Positions 13,803 through 27,012 of a stretch of DNA of 64,000 nucleotides are shown in pieces. The position numbers and the translations under genes were made by a program. Every line of letters starts with the position of its first letter. Positions within the stretch are counted from its first letter, which is position 1. The DNA comes from Eledone cirrhosa. Taxonomy: Eukaryota. The stretch covers positions 34,224,001-34,288,000 of the forward strand of contig OZ024752.1 of assembly GCA_964016885.1 (NCBI GenBank), in the 5' to 3' direction. Under the pieces are notes generated by a model, which saw nothing but the letters and a program-made list of their open reading frames with translations, searched no databases and was not told the origin of the DNA.

Positions 13803-14180
13803 TACAGTGTACCCCAGGATTTTTTGTCCCAGTAATTCGTGGAATTTTTCTTAGAACCTAACTAATAATTTTAATGGCTTTTTTTCGTAGCAATATATAT
13901 TTTTTAAACGCTAAATTATTAATAACAATATACAATATTTGCCGGCCTATTGGACGCCCCTTCGCATTAGAATTTAATTTTTCGCATAAGAATTTAATTA
14001 TTTAAAATTAAATTTTGAAATTATTTTTCGCATAATAATTTAATTTTTTTAAATTAAATTTTGAAATTATATTTTGACGTTCATAGAGATTTTTATGGAC
14101 CACGTCTAATATTCGCAGTTTTTCACTCTTCACAGGTGCTCCAGGAAGTAACCCCCACAAATACCAGGGGGACAACTGTA
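13803..14180. mobile_element. pogo/Tigger-like MITE
   Basis: TA-CAGT...ACTG-TA ends with imperfect TIRs; second copy at 34317-34810. Confidence 0.7.
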
Positions 14181-14309
14181 TACAATTTCTCCCTATAAAA
14201 TTTTAGTGTTTATTAGAGGGGAGTGTGAAAATGAATGAGAGAGAGAAAGAGCGAAAGAAAGTTTTATATAAATAACAGGCTGAACATAGATAGAAATAAT
14301 ATATACACA

Positions 14310-15712
14310 CTACAACAATATGGTAGATGTACAGCCCTCACCTATTATATACACCAGAATATATATACCACAACATCATGGTAGATGTGCAGCTCTCACC
14401 TAGTATATACACCACAACAACATGGTAGATGTGCAGTATTCACCTAGTATATACACCCCAAAATCATGGTAGATGTACAGTATTCACCTAGTATATACAC
14501 CATAACATGGTAGATGTGCAGCTCTCACCTATTATACACACCTCAACAACATGGTAGATGTATAGTAGTCACCTAGTATATACACCACAATATACACACC
14601 TCAACAACATGGTAGATGTATAGTAGTCACCTATTATATACAACACAATATACACCCCTCAACAACATGGTAGATGTATAGTAGTCACCTATTATATACA
14701 ACACAATATACACCCCTCAACAACATGGTAGATGTATAGTAGTCACCTAGTATATACACCAGAATATACACACCTCAACAACATGGTAGATGAGGAGCTC
14801 TCACCTAGTATATACACCAGAATATACACACCTCAACAACATGGTAGATGTGGAGCTTTCACCTAGTATATACACCAGAATATACATCCCTCAACAACAT
14901 GGTAGATGTGGAGCTCTCACCTAGTATATACACCAGAATATACATCCCTCAACAACATGGTAGATATGGAGCTCTCACCTAGTATATACACCAGAATATA
15001 CACCCCTCAACAACATGGTAGATGTGGAGCTCTCACCTAGTATATACACCAGAATATACATCCCCTCAACAACATGGTAGATGTGGAGCTCTCACCTAGT
15101 ATATACACCAGAATATACACCCCTCAACAACATGGTAGATGTGGAGCTCTCACCTAGTATATACACCAGAATATACATCCCTCAACAACATGGTAGATGT
15201 GGAGCTCTCACCTAGTATATACACCAGAATATACACCCTTCAACAATATGGTAGATGTGGAGCTCTCACCTAGTATATACACCAGAATATACATCCCTCA
15301 ACAACATGGTAGATGTGGAGCTCTCACCTAGTATATACACCAGAATATACACCCCTCAACAACATGGTAGATGTGGAGCTCTCACCTAGTATATACACCA
15401 GAATATACACCCCTCAACAACATGGTAGATGTGGAGATCTCACCTAGTATATACACCAGAATATACACCCCTCAACAACATGGTAGATGTATAGTAGTCA
15501 CCTATTACATACACCAGAATATACACCCCTCAACAACATGGTAGATGTGGAACTCTCACCTAGTATATACACCAGAATATACATCCCTCAACAACATGGT
15601 AGATGTGGAGCTCTCACCTAGTATATACACCAGAATATACATCCCTCAACAACATGGTAGATGTGGAGCTCTCACCTAGTATATACACCAGAAATACACC
15701 CCTCAACAACAT
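14310..15712. repeat. 58-bp minisatellite with shorter, more diverged units at the left end
   Basis: Unit CAACAACATGGTAGATGTGGAGCTCTCACCTAGTATATACACCAGAATATACACCCCT. Confidence 0.97.
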
Positions 15713-15857
15713 TTATGTTCCAAGATAGCAACGATGTGTGTTTAAGTAAATATTGATAGCCATTGTCTTAAATCAGATTTGGTCTGGGTTATCTTAGATC
15801 CTGCTTAATGGGGCTGGCTTAAGAAGAATCTACTATATAAACACAATCACATAATCA

Positions 15858-15859
<2 letters not shown>

Positions 15860-15909
<50 letters not shown>

Positions 15910-16331
15910 TGTGTGAACGTGTGTGTATGTGTGTTAATGTGTGTTTGTGTGTTAACATGTGTGTATGAACGTGTGTGTGTGTGTGTATGAACGTGTGAGT
16001 AAATGTGTGAACGTGTATGTGTGCATGTGTGTGAACATGTGTATGTGAAAATGTGTGTGTGCGTATGAACGTGTGTGCGTATGAACGTGTGTGTGTGTGT
16101 ATGAACGTGTGAGTAAATGTGTGAACGTGTATGTGTGCATGTGTGTGAACATGTGTATGTGAAAATGTGTGTGTGTGTGTTAACAGGTGCGTGTGTGTAT
16201 GAACGTGTGAGTGAATGTGTGTGAGTGAATGTGTGAACGTGTATGTGTGAATGTGTGCGTGTGTGTGAACATGTGTATGTGAAAATGTGTGTGTGTGTGT
16301 AAACGTGTGTATATATATATATATATATATA
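15860..16331. repeat. Compound (GT)n-derived microsatellite with TGAACGTG variants, then (TA)n
   Basis: Direct reading. Confidence 0.95.
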
Positions 16332-16692
16332 TTAGAATTGGTGTTCTGAAATAGCGATATATATATATGAATGTATATACAGTGTATTTTGCAATACACT
16401 GAATGCTTAATTAAAAGCATTTCGAAGACCTTACGCTATTGTTTTAGAGCAGTAACAGTCTCACTTACTTTAATTTTCAGCAAACAGGGGAGATAAAGCT
16501 GACAGAGCTCTGTTTCGCACTTTTTGGTGCTTATCAAAAAGTGCGAAACAGAGCTCTGTCAGCTTCATCTCTCCTGTTTGCTGAAAATTAAAGTAAGTGA
16601 GACTGTCACTACTCTAAAACAATAGCGTAAGGTCTTCGAAATGCTTTTAATTAAGCATTCAGTGTATTGCAAAATACACTGTATATACATTC
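16332..16692 (-). mobile_element. Fold-back element: 158-bp inverted arms (16369-16526 / 16535-16692) plus short tail
   Basis: Arms differ at 4 positions, 8-nt loop, flanked by (TA)n. Confidence 0.9.
16498..16537 (-). ncRNA. Hammerhead ribozyme motif, U3-A8 core variant, stem I truncated by the inversion
   Basis: UUGAUAA-GCAC-caaaaa-GUGC-GAAA-CAGAGCUCUG-UC-agc: stem II, GAAA, palindromic stem III, GUC site. Confidence 0.7.
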
Positions 16693-16743
16693 ATATATAT
16701 ATATATACACACGTTCACACACGCAAAATACACTATATATACA

Positions 16744-16782
<39 letters not shown>

Positions 16783-16919
16783 AAGGTAAATATTCAGGTA
16801 AATGAAGAGTTATGCCAATAACATTTCAAGCTCACTGTAATTCCACAATCAACAAGACGATGGGTCTCATCACAGGTACAATCCATAAAAATATTTGGCA
16901 CTGACTCTCTTAACACATG

Positions 16920-17248
16920 CGCATTATCGGTAGAGGGTTGGACGCCATGCTTTCTAGCATAGTTACGTCCTTTTACAGTCTGAGTTCAAATCCCGTCGAG
17001 GTTAACTTTGCCTTTCATCCTTACGGGGTCGATAAAATAAAGTACCAGTAATGTACTGGGCTTTGTGCCAAAAGTAGAAACAACTATTTAGTCTTCTAGG
17101 GTGGTGGATTGGCAGTGTTGGTGTAGGGTCGGACTCCATGCTTTGCAGTATATAGATTACACCCCTTTACGGTCTGAGTTCAAATCCCTCTCAGGTTAAC
17201 TTTGCCTTTCATACTTACGGGGTCAATAAAATAAAGCACCAGTAATAG
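16920..17248 (+). mobile_element. Two tandem SINE family B copies
   Basis: TGGCAGT..(C/T)GGT A-box-like head, GAGTTCAAATCC B box, GTTAACTTTGCCTTTCATCCTTACGGGGTCGATAAAATAAAGTACCAG central domain. Confidence 0.85.
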
Positions 17249-17580
17249 CAAAAATGAAAAATTAAGATGTATTAATTATTATTAATTAAACCTTTTGTTA
17301 TATTTCTAATGAAATATAATCCCCTAAGTGTTTTAAATAATTTAGAAAATAATCTAGAATTTCGAAGGATTTAGTTATTTAACTAATTATCATGTATAAT
17401 TGTTATGATAAAAAGGATACCATTTCAGTGATAGTGTTTGTTTCTTGAAATATTCTATGACTTCTCTGATGACACAGGAGTGAGCAGAATTAATATACAA
17501 TTCCTTGAGTTAATGCTCAGATTGAAACATATAGATAGGTTAACAGAGAAAACATATCAAATAATAATGATGCTGAAGAT

Positions 17581-17616
<36 letters not shown>

Positions 17617-17620
<4 letters not shown>

Positions 17621-17852
17621 GTGTAATGAGTTCTTTTACAATGAAAATAGCTCAAAGAAAGAAATATTTCTGAGCCGTGTAAAACATTTAAATATAAATT
17701 AATATATATGATGAAACACAAATACCAACATATCTGCATTTATATTGCAAAAGAAATTTAGTTAGCCAGAATGAAATATACTAAATTTCTTTTGCAATAT
17801 AAATGCAGATATGTTGGTATTTGTGTTTCATCATATATATTAATTTATATTT

Positions 17853-17862
<10 letters not shown>
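17617..17862 (-). mobile_element. Fold-back element: 83-bp perfect arms (17680-17762 / 17780-17862) plus ~63-nt tail
   Basis: Flanked by long (TA)n on both sides; a non-inverted family member lies at 54335-54468. Confidence 0.9.
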
Positions 17863-17901
<39 letters not shown>

Positions 17902-18089
17902 CACTTTTTCTACATAGCACAAGTGAAACTGCCACCAGTCGGGACTAATGGAGAGTAATTCGGTAAAGTTTATCTATTTTTTTTTCACACTTATACTTTA
18001 CATTCAGCTCAGATTAATTGATTATTTATTTAGTTAATTCCTCTGGGCTACAAAGAAAAGTTAGCTAAATTTTGTCTGTTTATTCGTCA

Positions 18090-18418
18090 CACTTAGTGGT
18101 TAGAGCATTGGGCTTGCAATCGAAAAGTTGTGAGTTCAATTCTTGGACCGAGTGATGTGTTGTTTCATTGAGCAAGACACTTTATTTCACATTGCTTCAG
18201 TTTACTCAGCTGTAGAAATGAGATGAAAGTGGACTGGGGTCCCTATCATTCCACTACAAAGTGGACGTGTAGGCGCCACGGAAAAAAAGCACCCAGCACT
18301 CACTGTAAAGTGGACGTGTAGGCGCCACGGAAAAAAGCACTGCCCACAACTGGACAACCCGTCTAACCCATGCTAGCGTGGAAGAACGGACGTAAACGGT
18401 GATGATGATGATGATGAT
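18090..18418 (+). mobile_element. SINE family A1 with (GAT)n tail; related minus-strand partial copy at 18720-19060
   Basis: tRNA-like head, TTGAGCAAGACACTTT domain, tail CCGTCTAACCCATGCTAGCGTGGAAGAACGGACGTAAACGGTGATGATG. Confidence 0.88.
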
Positions 18419-18451
18419 ATATATACACACACACACAAACATATATATATA

Positions 18452-18600
18452 TAGGTGGATTCTCAATGTATATCGGGAGGTGTCCACAGTTAGAATAGGT
18501 AATCAACATGCTAGTAGAGTATAGGCATCTTTATTTTATTACAGAAATAACTTCTATAGTTCGAGTCCTGCAGAAGTCATTTTTATAATAAAATAAAGAT
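18452..18600 (-). mobile_element. Small diverged fold-back (33-bp arms 18527-18559 / 18568-18600), related to the 49427 family
   Basis: Centre AGTTCGAGTCCTGCAGAAGT resembles hammerhead stem III/I AGTTCTAGTCCTGTAGAAGC at ~49604-49623. Confidence 0.6.
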
Positions 18601-19062
18601 AAATATATGTAAAAATATAAGAAAAATGAATTTTCCTTTACATGTATGTCTTTATAAATAGATGTAAACGAAACTCCATTGTTTTCACCAATAATTCACT
18701 GAATCACAGACACTATATATCATCATCATCACCGTTTTACGTCCGTTCTTCCACGCTAGCATGGGTTAGACGGGTTGTCCTGTTGTGGGCAGTGTCTGGT
18801 CGGCTGACCATGCCTTGCTCATACAGGAACTGATTTGGCTTGATTTCTACAGCTGGATGCCCTTCCTAACACCAACTTCATTTACAGTGAGTGCTGGGTG
18901 CTTTTTCGTGGCGCCTACACGTCCACTTTACAGTGTGGGCTGGGTGCTTTTTTGCCGTGGCACCTCCACGACCACCTTGCGGTGGGGGGGGGGGGGCATA
19001 TTGTCTATATGCTCAGCTTGTACCCATGGGAGGTCGGGTACTCTGTATTACTGCGTGACGCC

Positions 19063-19093
<31 letters not shown>

Positions 19094-19366
19094 GAAACAT
19101 CTATACTTAAATACACTTATATAAGTATGTATGCTATTGGCCTTAGTGCTTTAAATCTTTGGTAAAACACTTGACTCTAGTTAACAATAAGTACTGGAGG
19201 TTAAGATTATTCTACTTTAAAAGTAACAACACTACAATATTAATGGATGTTTCAACAGATTGTTGTATTGTTATGTTGAACTGATCTTGGAGAAAAATGA
19301 ACCCTGTTCTGTTTAGCCAAATAGTTCTTTATCATCATTTTCAGGGGCAGTGGAACAGTGGGAGAG

Positions 19367-19776
19367 AATTTTCATATCGAGAATTATTACAATAAATTAA
19401 TTACTGGAAAATCAGGGGTGATGGAAGCATTTCTGAATTGGGAAAGGGGATGGGATCCTCCCAAATTTGGTCAATTTGTTTAGCTCTTTGCAATCTTAAA
19501 TAGTGAAAAAAGTTCAATATGCAATAATATACAAATAGATGAGTGTGTTGGTAGTTTGGGGAGAAACACACATCTATTTGCATATGAGCTACAATTTATG
19601 TACATGTTATGTTTATCGCATATTGAAGTTTTCTGACCATTTAAGATTGCAAAGAGCTAAACTAATCACTACAACTAAACTGACCAAATTTAGCCCCCAC
19701 CCAATTCAGAAAAGCTTCCACTACCCCTGATTTTCCAGTGAATAATTTATTATAATAATTCTTAATATAAAAAATT
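19367..19776. mobile_element. Long-TIR (~160 bp, diverged) MITE/foldback DNA element; related fragment at ~46370-46520
   Basis: ACTGGAAAATCAGGGGT / ACCCCTGATTTTCCAGT and TTTAGCTCTTTGCAATCTTAAAT / ATTTAAGATTGCAAAGAGCTAAA inverted matches. Confidence 0.75.
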
Positions 19777-20404
19777 TAGTTTTTGTTTTGTTTGGGTTTA
19801 CCTCCTCCAGTTTATAAGGTACAGGGTAGAAGTACCTTCTTTCTTTAGATATGATTCAATTAAAAAGGAAAGAAACAAAATAGGGTTTTAAACTTCCTCA
19901 CCTGCATCAACCACCACTGATAAAATATCTAAATAGACTGTAAGAACACAGGATTTATAACTCCCTTGTTGTATACAATGGGATTTTTACAGGAAATAAT
20001 TGAGGATATAATTCAATACAAAAAAAGCAGTAATTAATATATTAATTAGTGTCAGAAGTGGATAGGTCACGAGGAAGTCCTTACAGCTGTCCTTGTATCT
20101 GTTATTATAATTATTACTGCTGAGAAATAGTAACACTAGGTTTATGTGTGTGCATCCAAGCGTGTATTTGCACTGTGCAATACATAGACTACTCTGCTTT
20201 GACAATATAATGTTTGTTACAAGCTGAATATATATTTAAAAAAAGGTATCCCAACCATAAAAAAATGGTTTGCACTATGTTTAAAGAAAGAGGAGAGAGT
20301 TAATTTGGGATTATATTAAAAATAAACATTACTAGAAAGTAAGCTAAACTCTATTCATGATACAAAAGGAAAAGGTAAGGGGCATACTGTTTTATGTATA
20401 TGTA

Positions 20405-20449
<45 letters not shown>

Positions 20450-20808
20450 AAAGGATAAGAGCACTCAGTCTATAGGATGAGCTTAGTATAAAGAATTACA
20501 ACAGTGACATAAACAGGTACTTAAGTTTCGTTGGGATCTGAACCCCAACTCATTCAGCCTGGCATAAGAAAAACATATATATATATATGTGAAGGCGTGT
20601 GGCTGAGTAGTTAGAGAATTAGATTCGCAATCGTGAGGTTGTGAGTTCGATTCCTGGATTGAGCAATGTGTTAGGTCCTTGGGCAAGACACTTTATTTCA
20701 CGTTTCTCCTTCTACCTGGAGTTGCGACCGGTAGATAGTATTAGCGATTGGAAAGACCAATGGAAACATTGTTTCCTCAGTCCGATTGGACGAAAGTCAA
20801 TTGACTGT

Positions 20809-20843
<35 letters not shown>

Positions 20844-21155
20844 GTAGAACAGATGAGTTGATAATACATCTATATAAGGCCGTCAGATAATCAAAGAAAG
20901 CTCAAATGCGATTTTATTATCTACAGTAAGATTGGCAAAAGACAGTTCAGAGTTTAATCCAATACATACATATACATACATGCACTCTCAAATATACAGT
21001 AGACATAGTATGATATAATGTTATTGATAAGGGAAGATGGGTAGCTACATATATTTATAGAAAAGGGAATTAACTAAATCTGAAACTTAGAGATCTAATA
21101 AGAAGAGTAAGAGGAGAAAAACGATGTAATTTTCATGAAATGTTCAACAGGGTGC

Positions 21156-21763
21156 TTAACCCTTTAGCATTTCTCTCACCTCTTTCTGTTCAAACTGGCC
21201 CTAACTAGCTGTTCATACTTATGTTAAGGTATTGTTCTCAAAATAAATAATATCAAAATCTCATAGATTTGACATTATGTGAGATAATTATGTGACAAAG
21301 TGTTTACTGTGAAAATATAATAGTAAATACAGAGTTAACCCTTTAGCATTTAAACCGATTGTATCCAACGAGAATTCTCTCATCTCTTTGTGTTCAAACT
21401 GGCTTAACTGGCCACTCATACTTATGTTAAGGTAGTGTTCTCAAAATAAATAATATCAAAATCTCATAGATTCAGCATTATGCGAGATATTATGTGACAA
21501 AGTGTTTACTGTGAAAATATAATAGTAAATATAGAGTAATGTAAATGCTAAAGGGTTAACCCTTTAGCATTTAAACTGATTGTATCCGGTGAGAATTTTC
21601 TCATCGCTTTCTGTTCAAACTGGCCACTCATACTTATGTTAAGGTATTGTTCTCAAAATAAATAATATCAAAATCTCATAGATTCAACATTATGTGTGAC
21701 ATAAAGTGTTTACCATGAAAATACAATAGTAAATATAGAGGAATGTAAATGCGAAAGGGTTAA
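21156..21763. mobile_element. Three head-to-tail piggyBac-type MITE copies sharing TTAA junctions
   Basis: TTAA at 21156, 21335, 21556, 21760; the first three are each followed by CCCTTTAGCATTT. Confidence 0.9.
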
Positions 21764-22384
21764 ATATATGAACAATATTTTTATGAACGCCAATTTATTT
21801 ATAGAGCAGAACTATTTTATGCTACAAGTTTTATTTTTCATGGCATGGATTAGACATGCTTTGCTTAGTAGCTTTTTCTTACTAGGTCCCCGCCACCTCA
21901 CACCAACCAACAATCTGTTTATGGAAACTAATTTGCTTGCTAATGATTAAAATATTAATTAGGTAAATAATTCAACTATTTATTTTTACAAGTGGTAAAG
22001 AGCAATAAATAATAAACAGGCAGCACTAATTAGATCTTATCGGGATTATGATTAATCAATTAGTCAAGCAATCTTTCTAATTACTCTTAATTCTTTCAAA
22101 AGAAATTTTAACACAAAATGTGTTATTGCTCTTGTTGTTGGTTAAAAATTATAAATTAAATAACATAGTTGTAAAGTGAACTTACAAGGTTTGAGTTTCA
22201 ATATCATGACGTCAACCGGAAAAACAGATAATTGAGAAGGATTTTGTTGGTTCTGAATGAACTGTTGTCTAGTTCGGAAAAATTAACTAATTCTTACACT
22301 ATTAATAGACAAATTCACTATTTATAACAGGATTGTAAGAAAAGAAATAACAAACCAAAATTGTAATAATCAAATAGTCAGCAA

Positions 22385-22775
22385 TAATAATAATTGTTTC
22401 TACTTTTGGCACAAGGCCAGAAATTACCCAGTGTATTACTGGTGCTTTATTTTAACGACCCCCGTAAGGATGAAAGGCAAAGTTAACCTCGGCGGGATTT
22501 GAACTCAGATCATAAAAGGACGTAACTATATACTTCAAAGCATGGTGTCCGACTCTATTCCAATACTGCCAATCTACCGCCTTCAGCAATAATATAATGG
22601 TTTCTTATATAGGCACAAGGCCAGCAATTTTGGGGGAGGGGAAAGTCGATTAAATTGACCCCAGTGCATGACTGGTACTTTATCTTATTGACCCTGGAAG
22701 GATGAAAGGCAAAGTTAACCTCAGCGGGATTTGAACTCAGATCTTAAAGAGCTGTAACTCTAAGCTGCAAAGCAA
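22385..22775 (-). mobile_element. Two SINE family B copies
   Basis: GGATGAAAGGCAAAGTTAACCTC(G/A)GCGGGATTTGAACTCAG (reverse complement of the family B core). Confidence 0.85.
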
Positions 22776-22856
22776 TATAATGATGAAATATTACAGTTTT
22801 TGCAAAGACTGGGAATACTAAAACAACAAAAATAAGTCAATACTATTTTGACTAAT

Positions 22857-23352
22857 GAATAAGAAGTATGGTAGGGTAGAATAAGAGGTATGGTAGACTA
22901 GAATAAGAAATATAGTAGACTAGAATAAGAAGTATGGTAGACTAGAATAAGAAGTATGGTGGGTTAGAATAAGAAGTATGGTGGGCTAGAATAAGAAGTA
23001 TGGTGGGCTAGAATAAGAAGTATGGTGGGTTAGAATAAGAAGTATGGTGGGCTAGAATAAGAAGTATGGTGGGCTAGAATAAGAGGTATGGTGGGCTAGA
23101 ATAAGAAGTATGGTGGGCTAGAATAAGAGGTATGGTGGGCTAGAATAAGAGATATGGTGGGCTAGAATAAGAAGTATGGTGGGCTAGAATAAGAGGTATG
23201 GTGGGCTAGAATAAGAAGTATGGTGGGCTAGAATAAGAAGTATGGTGGGCTAGAATAAGAAGTATGGTGGGCTAGAATAAGAGATATGGTGGGCTAGAAT
23301 AAGAAGTATGGTGGGCTAGAATAAGAGGTATGGTGGACTGGAATAAGAGGTA
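22857..23352. repeat. 22-bp minisatellite AGAATAAGAAGTATGGTGGGCT
   Basis: Period 22, ~22 copies. Confidence 0.97.
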
Positions 23353-23852
23353 CCGTGGTCCCACATCATAGCCTCACAACAAGCTTAATTATATTAATTA
23401 TGGGGTCCTTTTTGAGGTAATGTTTTATGGCTGGATGCCCTTCTTGGTGCCAACCCTTTTAGTCACCTCACTGAGTGGGGTGGAACTCATGAAATCAGAC
23501 CAATATAACATTCCATTAGTCTTTCTATTGCTGATACTATCTATTGGTCGCATCTCCTGGCAGAAAGAGCTACCTGAAATAATGTGCCTTGCTCAAAGAC
23601 ATAACGCATCACCAGGTCCAGGAATCGAACTCACAACCTCATAATTGTGAATCCAATTCTCTAATCACTAAGCCATGCTTAGGTCTTAGAGTTATTATAA
23701 CTAGGCACAATTTCTAGATTCAGGATTTTTTACAACATTGATAGTGATGGCTATAACACATAACCTGGACTAGGAATTGAACTTACAACCTTCTGATTGT
23801 GAATTCACCTCTCTAACCAATAGGCCATGTGCCTTCATTATATATATATATA

Positions 23853-24191
23853 TAAATGAAAAATGGCATGACGCGTTGTTGCGAATGTGAACATATGAAT
23901 GAAAAATAGACCGAGAAACAGGACTGCCCATCATCAGTAGTCTGCTAATTATCATTGGTATTTCTTCGCATTAAAGACTAGATACCTAAAATCAGTGCGA
24001 GCGATAACTAAATTAAGTTATCGGGACAGAGCGAAAAGGAAAAAGTAAACAAACAACATGATAACTTAATTTAGTTATCGCTCGCACTGATTTTAGGTCT
24101 TTAATGTCTTTAATGCGAAGAAATACCAATGATAATCAGCAGACTACTGATGATGGACAGTCCTGTTTCTCGGTCTATTTTTCATTCATAT
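23853..24191 (-). mobile_element. Fold-back element: ~130-bp arms (23893-24022 / 24060-24191), 37-nt spacer, ~40-nt tail
   Basis: Near-perfect inverted match; (TA)n on both sides. Confidence 0.88.
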
Positions 24192-25824
24192 ATATATATA
24201 TATATATATATTATTAAGCTATAAAAGTTACGTAGGTATGAGGTATACAAATACCTCATACTAATTTCTGGTTCAGAAATATGATAAATTGTTATTACTT
24301 AAAATAAAATGGCATATATTAGCCATGAATATGAACGACAAGAGGAAATCCTGCAGGATACAAAAACTAATTTTCACACCATTATCTTGAAAATATAAAT
24401 ATAATTTCTTAAATATAGAATAAAAACTGAATCCCCCCATCAATATGTAAAACTAATCCAAGCTTTACACATTAAAGATAAGTACTTATAGAAATAAAAC
24501 TGATAATAAATTAAAGCTTATATATTAGCATATATATATTTTTTATTTAGTCAGTTAAACCTTGCTAATAGATACAGTTAATCAGTGATAGCAGTTTATT
24601 TATTAGTCATATAACAGAAATTCCCTCCAAAATTTAGAGACTAAAATTATTTTAAAAAAAACGGTATTTCTTTTATTTTATAATTTCTGGAAATTATTGC
24701 CCCTTTTCTTTGAGAGTTGCTAATCACTAATTTTTTTTTTTATTAAGAAGGGAAATTTTAATTAATTTTTTGCCTTTATCATTCAGTACACCACTCTCTA
24801 ACTTAAGCTGTTAACCCACTCAAGTTATTTTCCTCAGCTGCTTTTAGTTTTTAATTATATAATATATCTATTTTGTTAGAGGCATTCTTGAACTTCTTTC
24901 CTTGTGAAAACTATCTCTTTCAATTGCAAATATCACACAGATAAGCTTTGAATTTTTTTTCTTTTCCTTTTGACATATTCTCCTTCTTAGAATCTATTTT
25001 TATTGTTATCATTGTCATTACTTCTCTAAGGTTATCAAAATCCTTTAATCTATTTCTTTCAACTACTTCCATAATTCTTACCCAGTGTTTTTACTAAAGG
25101 GCATGTCCAATCTTTCATCTATATTGAGGTATTATAAGTTTGTAGATCTATCATCCCTAAGCAAATATTAACTGCACTGTACAAACCAGATCTTCTCTTA
25201 ACTTTTCATTCTAACACTATAGTTAGTTTAGACTTTAGTCTTTCTTCTTTACTGCCATAGATTTATTTATATTACTGGACTTAGGTCAAGATGAGGTGTA
25301 GTATTTTACACACATATTCAGACTGGTCTAGAAATAATAGAACAGCCAAAGATTTCAAATACAAAAGATTTATTATTTGTGTTTAATTTTTCTGTCTTCT
25401 TATTTCTCGTCTGCCCTATTTCATACATCAGTGCCACAATAAAAAGAGCATCCAGCAGTAGAAACAAGGCCAAAATACAGATCTGTATGAGTATGACATA
25501 GTCTTTGGACTTGACTTGCCTTATTTTTTGTCTGCCCTATTTTATACATACATTGGTGCCACAATAAAAATCAACCAGTCCACACTGTCATGTGGTTAAT
25601 GTTAGGAAGGGCATCCAGCTGTAGAAACCAAGCATGAGAATGACATGGTCTCTGGACCTGACTTATTTAATAATGTAACAACCCGTTTAACCCATGCAAG
25701 GGTAGAAAAATGGCCGTTGAACGGTGATGATGAAGAAGGAGGAAGTTATTTATCATGATTCTCCTTAGTAGCAACTGGGATGTTATAAATATATCATTTA
25801 ACTATTTTATTGTGCAGAGTTTTA

Positions 25825-26041
25825 TTAACCCTTTAGTATTTAAATCGGCCATATCCAGCCAGAATTCTCTCACCTCTTTCTGTTCAAACAGGCCGTAACT
25901 GGCCACTCATGGCTGATGTTAAGGTATTGTTCTCAAAATAAATAACATCAAAATTTCGTAGATTTGATGTTATGTGAGATAAAGCTTTTACCACAAAAAT
26001 ACAATTGTAAATATAGAGTAATGTAAATGCTAAAGAGTTAA
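25825..26041. mobile_element. piggyBac-type MITE
   Basis: TTAA-CCCTTTAGTATTT...AATGCTAAAGAG-TTAA. Confidence 0.88.
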
Positions 26042-26634
26042 AGTCTTGTGGATTGTATACTAGAAATAAATGTCTTTTCTCAGAAATAGAAATGTTTGTA
26101 GAATAATTTTTGTAGATCTGCAATAAAATTATATATTTCAATGTCCAGTCATGTTTGTTATCATCTTATCTGGAAAATAAACATTTTGTGTTCCTAGTCT
26201 GTGGATCTCTATTGTCCTAGTTAGATCTTATTGTACAGATTTTACAGAACAAGTGTGGTGTTCTGAATGTTGTGGTGACTGTCTTTTATCTTACTACTGA
26301 TTTTATCAGCCTTGAAAGGTCAAATTATCTTCGTAGATATAACATTCTATATTGTCCATAATACCACCTTTAAATCCATTTGTTTGGATTTAAAAGTTAA
26401 GACGTAATGTTGTGAATAACAGTATCAAATAACAGAGCCACATGTCAACAACAAGCAAACATTCTCATCAAACATTTCTGTAAAATCAGTCACCACAAAG
26501 CTACTACTATCTAGGCAGCACACTTACAACTAAACTATGACCTAGCACTCTTCTTTTTCTTAAGACATGCAAAAGAAACAATTAAAAAAAAAGAGCTAAG
26601 CCACAGAACCTGTCATAATATCATCATCATCATT

Positions 26635-26859
26635 TTAGCCCTTTTGCATTTACATTACTCTATATATACTATTGTATTTTTGTGGTAAAGGCTTTATCGT
26701 ACATAATTATTTCACATAATATTGAATATATGAGATTTTGATGTTATTTTGAGAACAATACCTTAACATCAGCATGAGTGGCCAATTACGGCAAGTTTGA
26801 ACAGAAAGAGGTGAGAAAATTCTGGCCAGATATGGCTGGTTTAAATGCTAATGGGTTAA
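26635..26859. mobile_element. piggyBac-type MITE
   Basis: TTAG-CCCTTTTGCATTT...AAATGCTAATGGG-TTAA. Confidence 0.85.
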
Positions 26860-27012
26860 TGAGTTAATGTCTGCTCTCCCTGCTACCAAGAGTTAGACTC
26901 ACATCATCATCAAACTTAAAAACATCTTATGAACTAAAAGCACTCATATTTAAATATACATAATCGTCATCATTGCGACCACAGTCGAACATTCCTGAAA
27001 AAGTCTCTCCAC

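Noticed and set aside
16369-16692. Palindromes as sequencing fold-back artefacts
   Set aside because: Most arms differ by substitutions or indels, are locally bounded, and show family-consistent ends; not fully excluded without raw reads
24147-24175. CTGATGA in the 23853 fold-back as a hammerhead core
   Set aside because: Followed by GGAC-A-GTCC but no GAAA/stem III in that orientation
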